This document shows positions 47,817 to 48,118 of a DNA stretch of 48,118 nt, piece by piece (position 1 is the first letter of the stretch; every line of letters begins with the position of its first letter). Both the position numbers and the translations under genes were made by a program. The notes under the pieces were generated by a model. It did not search any database. It saw only the letters and a list, made by a program, of their open reading frames with translations, and was not told the origin of the DNA. The DNA is from an uncultured Porphyromonadaceae bacterium (lineage in GTDB: Bacteria > Bacteroidota > Bacteroidia > Bacteroidales > Muribaculaceae), in the NCBI GenBank assembly GCA_900552325.1, contig URZG01000001.1, forward strand, positions 1 through 48,118, written 5' to 3'.

Positions 47817-47855
47817 AAAAAAGCCGAGGAGTGCGGCGCACTCTTCGGCTTTTTT
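47817..47855. terminator. Intrinsic terminator (bidirectional-type)
   Basis: A-tract, GCCGAGGAGTGC...GCACTCTTCGGC stem, T-tract. Confidence 0.8.
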
Positions 47856-47870
47856 GTGGTTGTCGCTTTG

Positions 47871-48116
47871 TTATCGGGCGGGATGCGGGAGGGCGGGTCG
47901 GCTGCGGAACTCGGAGTCGCGCAGTTTGGCGAAGGCTCGGAGGTATTTGCGGATGGAGGATACCATCTCCTGGGTCTCCTGGAGCATGTTCACGTAGACG
48001 TAGAGCACTGCCACGGTAGAGGTGTCGCCATCACGCAGCTGGTCATGGGCGCGGTGGTAGGTGTCGGAGAGTACGTCCTTTATCTCGTCGCAGTGGCGGC
48101 GGAGCAGTTTTATCGC
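47871..48116 (-). CDS. 3' end of a probable inorganic phosphate transporter (PiT family), partial
   Basis: Manual translation LRRHCDEIKDVLS...VYVNMLQETQEMVSSIRKYLRA..., stop at 47871; resembles the Bacteroidales PiT C-terminal domain. Confidence 0.55.
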   Translation of the reverse strand, partial: AIKLLRRHCDEIKDVLSDTYHRAHDQLRDGDTSTVAVLYVYVNMLQETQEMVSSIRKYLRAFAKLRDSEFRSRPALPHPAR

Positions 48117-48118
48117 CT

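Overview
Bacteroidales chromosome segment, probably Muribaculaceae-like (inferred from gene content, GC-rich core genes and TAnnTTTG promoters). The left part (1-16.5 kb) is housekeeping: an internally deleted amtB, asnS, rluB, a 4Fe-4S protein, thyA, folA, tRNA-Arg(CCT), an Ig-like lipoprotein, DUF3822, rsmD, a metal ABC permease, a GH25 lysozyme, aroA and a MalY/PatB C-S lyase. tRNA-Leu(CAG) at 16572 is the integration site of two tandem, more AT-rich elements. Element 1 (about 16641-35759) is bounded by a duplicated tRNA 3' end and has a tyrosine integrase, an excisionase and a possible oriT, but no relaxase. It is a defence/conflict island. Its main candidate system is a minus-strand operon: XRE regulator, a 2041-aa 4xS1 + sacsin-type HATPase protein, an SF1 helicase-PIN fusion, an Abi-P2-family reverse transcriptase and a Fic protein. 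It also carries an AEP primase-SF2 helicase and a Schlafen/AlbA_2-HATPase gene flanked by 13-bp direct repeats. Element 2 (35760-about 40540) is a truncated remnant with a replication protein, excisionase, membrane cargo and a strongly structured 5' leader; it ends at a MITE terminal repeat. The right part is a glycan-utilisation operon (ROK, GH29, CutC-family protein, PNGase-like transglutaminase, porin). Several MITEs carrying REP/REPIN cores are scattered in the core regions. Family assignments come from motif recognition only; no database search was run.
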